Assembly (NCBI GenBank): GCA_963704165.1
Contig: CAVPHD010000003.1
Location: 384,001 to 448,000 of the forward strand
Direction: 5' to 3'
From: an uncultured delta proteobacterium
Lineage (GTDB): Bacteria; Myxococcota_A; UBA9160; SZUA-336
Length of the DNA stretch: 64,000 bases
Of this stretch, positions 62,504-64,000 are shown in pieces. Positions within the stretch are counted from its first letter, which is position 1; every line of letters begins with the position of its first letter. The notes beneath the pieces are model-generated. The model was not told the DNA's origin, made no database searches, and saw only the letters and a program-made list of their open reading frames with translations. Both the position numbers and the translations under genes were made by a program.

Positions 62504-62947
62504 TCAGACGTCGAGCGTCACCCGCGCGCGAAATCCGCCCCGCTCGTCGGGTCTGACTTCGAGGCCGTAGGCGGTCACGGCCTTGACGTCGTTGGCGGCG
62601 ACGTGGCGCGCGAGGTCGATCGGCTCGCCGACGACGGTCGCCTCGAGCCGGAGCTGCGGCTCCTCGCCCGACACGTTCACGCTTCGAGCCCGAAGCACCA
62701 GGTGCTCCGCGTCGAGCAGGTAGACGAGTTCGGAGAGGAATCGGCGAAGCAGCCAGTCGAGACGCGTGTCCTCGAGCTCGATTCGGCGTTCGACCCGATC
62801 GCAGACGGCCGCCGGCCGCTCGACCACCGCGGCGAGCAGCGCCTCGGAGGCGGCGGCGAACACGCCGCCCACCGTCGTACCGCGCGCTTCGAAGGTGAGG
62901 TCGCTGGTGACGCCGTCGACGAACTGAAACGGCTCGTCGTCGGTCAC
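62504..62947 (-). CDS. Archease
   Basis: TSDLTFEARG..F..A..LSELVYL.D..GEPID..DVKAVT..VTLDV; GTGA overlap with rtcB. Confidence 0.88.
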   Translation of the reverse strand: MTDDEPFQFVDGVTSDLTFEARGTTVGGVFAAASEALLAAVVERPAAVCDRVERRIELEDTRLDWLLRRFLSELVYLLDAEHLVLRARSVNVSGEEPQLRLEATVVGEPIDLARHVAANDVKAVTAYGLEVRPDERGGFRARVTLDV

Positions 62948-64000
62948 CCCTTCACGTTCCCGACCGGTGTGAGCCGTGCGACACGCCGCGAGAGGCCTGC
63001 GATCTCGGTCGCCTCGGCGACTTCATCGACGCTCTTGTAGGCGACGCCGGCCTCCTCGGCGAGGCCGCCGATCGACGCCGCGCGCACGACGATCCCACGC
63101 TCTCGCATCGCGCGCTGCAGCTCCGCCCCGCGCACCAGCTTGCGCGCACGCGTGCGGCTCATGGTGCGGCCGCTTCCGTGCGCCGTGCTGTGGAAGCTCG
63201 CGCTCCCCGTCTCTACCCCGGCGAGCAGGTAGGAACCCGTCTCCATGCTCCCGCCGATGATCACGGGCTGGCCGCTCGCGCGGTACGCGGCCGGCAATTC
63301 CGGATGTCCGGGCGGAAACGCGCGCGTGGCGCCCTTGCGGTGCACGAGCAATCGGCGCAGCCGGCCGCCGACGCGGTGCGTCTCGAGCTTCGCGGTGTTG
63401 TGCGCGACGTCGTACACGGTCCGGAGCCCGAGCGACTCGAGCGGTCGTTCGAACACGTCGGCGAGAACCTCGCGAATGCGGTGCAGGATCACCTGCCGAT
63501 TCGCGAACGCCATGTTCGCAGCGCAACACATCGCGGCGTAATAAGCGCGTCCATCGTCGGAGTCGAACGGCGCGCACGCGAGCTCGGGATCGATCACTTC
63601 GAGGCCGTACTTCGTCGGCATCGAGCGGAGGAAGCGATCGAGATAATCGGTCGCCACCTGGTGTCCGAATCCGCGGCTGCCGCAGTGGAACATCAGCACC
63701 ACCTGTCCGGGCTCACCGAGTCCGAAGGTCGTCGCAAGCTCACGGTCGAAGACGCCGTCGCTGCGCAGCAGCTGGACCTCGAGGTAGTGATTGCCCGAGC
63801 CGAGCGTGCCGAGCTGATCTCGACCGCGCGCGATCGCCTTCACCGAGACGGCTTCGGGATCGGCGCCGGAGAAGCAACCCGCGGCTTCGGTGAAGGCGAG
63901 ATCCTCGGCGGTGCCGTATCCCTTCCGCACCGCCCAGCCGGCGCCCTCGCGCAGCACGTCCTCGAGCTCCGCACGCGTGAGCGAGACGAAGCCCGACGAG
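62944..64000 (-). CDS. rtcB: RtcB RNA ligase (archaeal-type, archease-coupled), 5'-truncated by the window edge
   Basis: QLGTLGSGNHYLEVQ, HCGSRGFGHQ, YDVAHN, HRKGATRAF, GGSMETGSY, HGSGR, EEA..YK, PVGNVKG. Confidence 0.93.
   Translation of the reverse strand, partial: SSGFVSLTRAELEDVLREGAGWAVRKGYGTAEDLAFTEAAGCFSGADPEAVSVKAIARGRDQLGTLGSGNHYLEVQLLRSDGVFDRELATTFGLGEPGQVVLMFHCGSRGFGHQVATDYLDRFLRSMPTKYGLEVIDPELACAPFDSDDGRAYYAAMCCAANMAFANRQVILHRIREVLADVFERPLESLGLRTVYDVAHNTAKLETHRVGGRLRRLLVHRKGATRAFPPGHPELPAAYRASGQPVIIGGSMETGSYLLAGVETGSASFHSTAHGSGRTMSRTRARKLVRGAELQRAMRERGIVVRAASIGGLAEEAGVAYKSVDEVAEATEIAGLSRRVARLTPVGNVKG

Overview
GC-rich, gene-dense bacterial window. PEP-CTERM sorting, many sigma54-type promoters, LolA-like proteins, LLM/F420 oxidoreductases, a P450 and Lpp/OprI suggest a diderm of the Myxococcota/deltaproteobacterial type; this taxonomy is inference only. 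About 1-35 kb holds lipid catabolic and housekeeping genes: phosphotransferase, SSS transporter, ADP-forming acyl-CoA ligase, glpD/AGPS-like/glpK, M1 and M18 peptidases, queuosine salvage Qng1, pntAA, acyl-CoA synthetase, ppsA, SDR and P450. About 35-64 kb looks like a low-oxygen/stress island: a Sec-containing selD with a clear SECIS hairpin, K+ channel, beta-CASP nuclease, site-2 protease-CBS, cardiolipin synthase, P-type ATPase, Na/Ca antiporter, formate/nitrite channel, NAD-linked formate dehydrogenase with a cytochrome c, Usp, a CBS-DksA fusion, L,D-transpeptidase with Lpp/OprI, BCAM0308, and archease-RtcB. The best candidate for an undescribed system is at 56.9-58.9 kb. It is a sigma54-driven, translationally coupled operon of two paralogous ferritin-like di-iron proteins, resembling aldehyde-deformylating oxygenase, plus a CxxC-CxxC metal-ribbon protein, lying beside the formate dehydrogenase and formate channel genes. 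Several genes carry patchy single-base frameshifts that look like long-read consensus errors. No rRNA, tRNA, CRISPR array or mobile element was recognised. All family calls are from motif recognition by eye; no searches were run.
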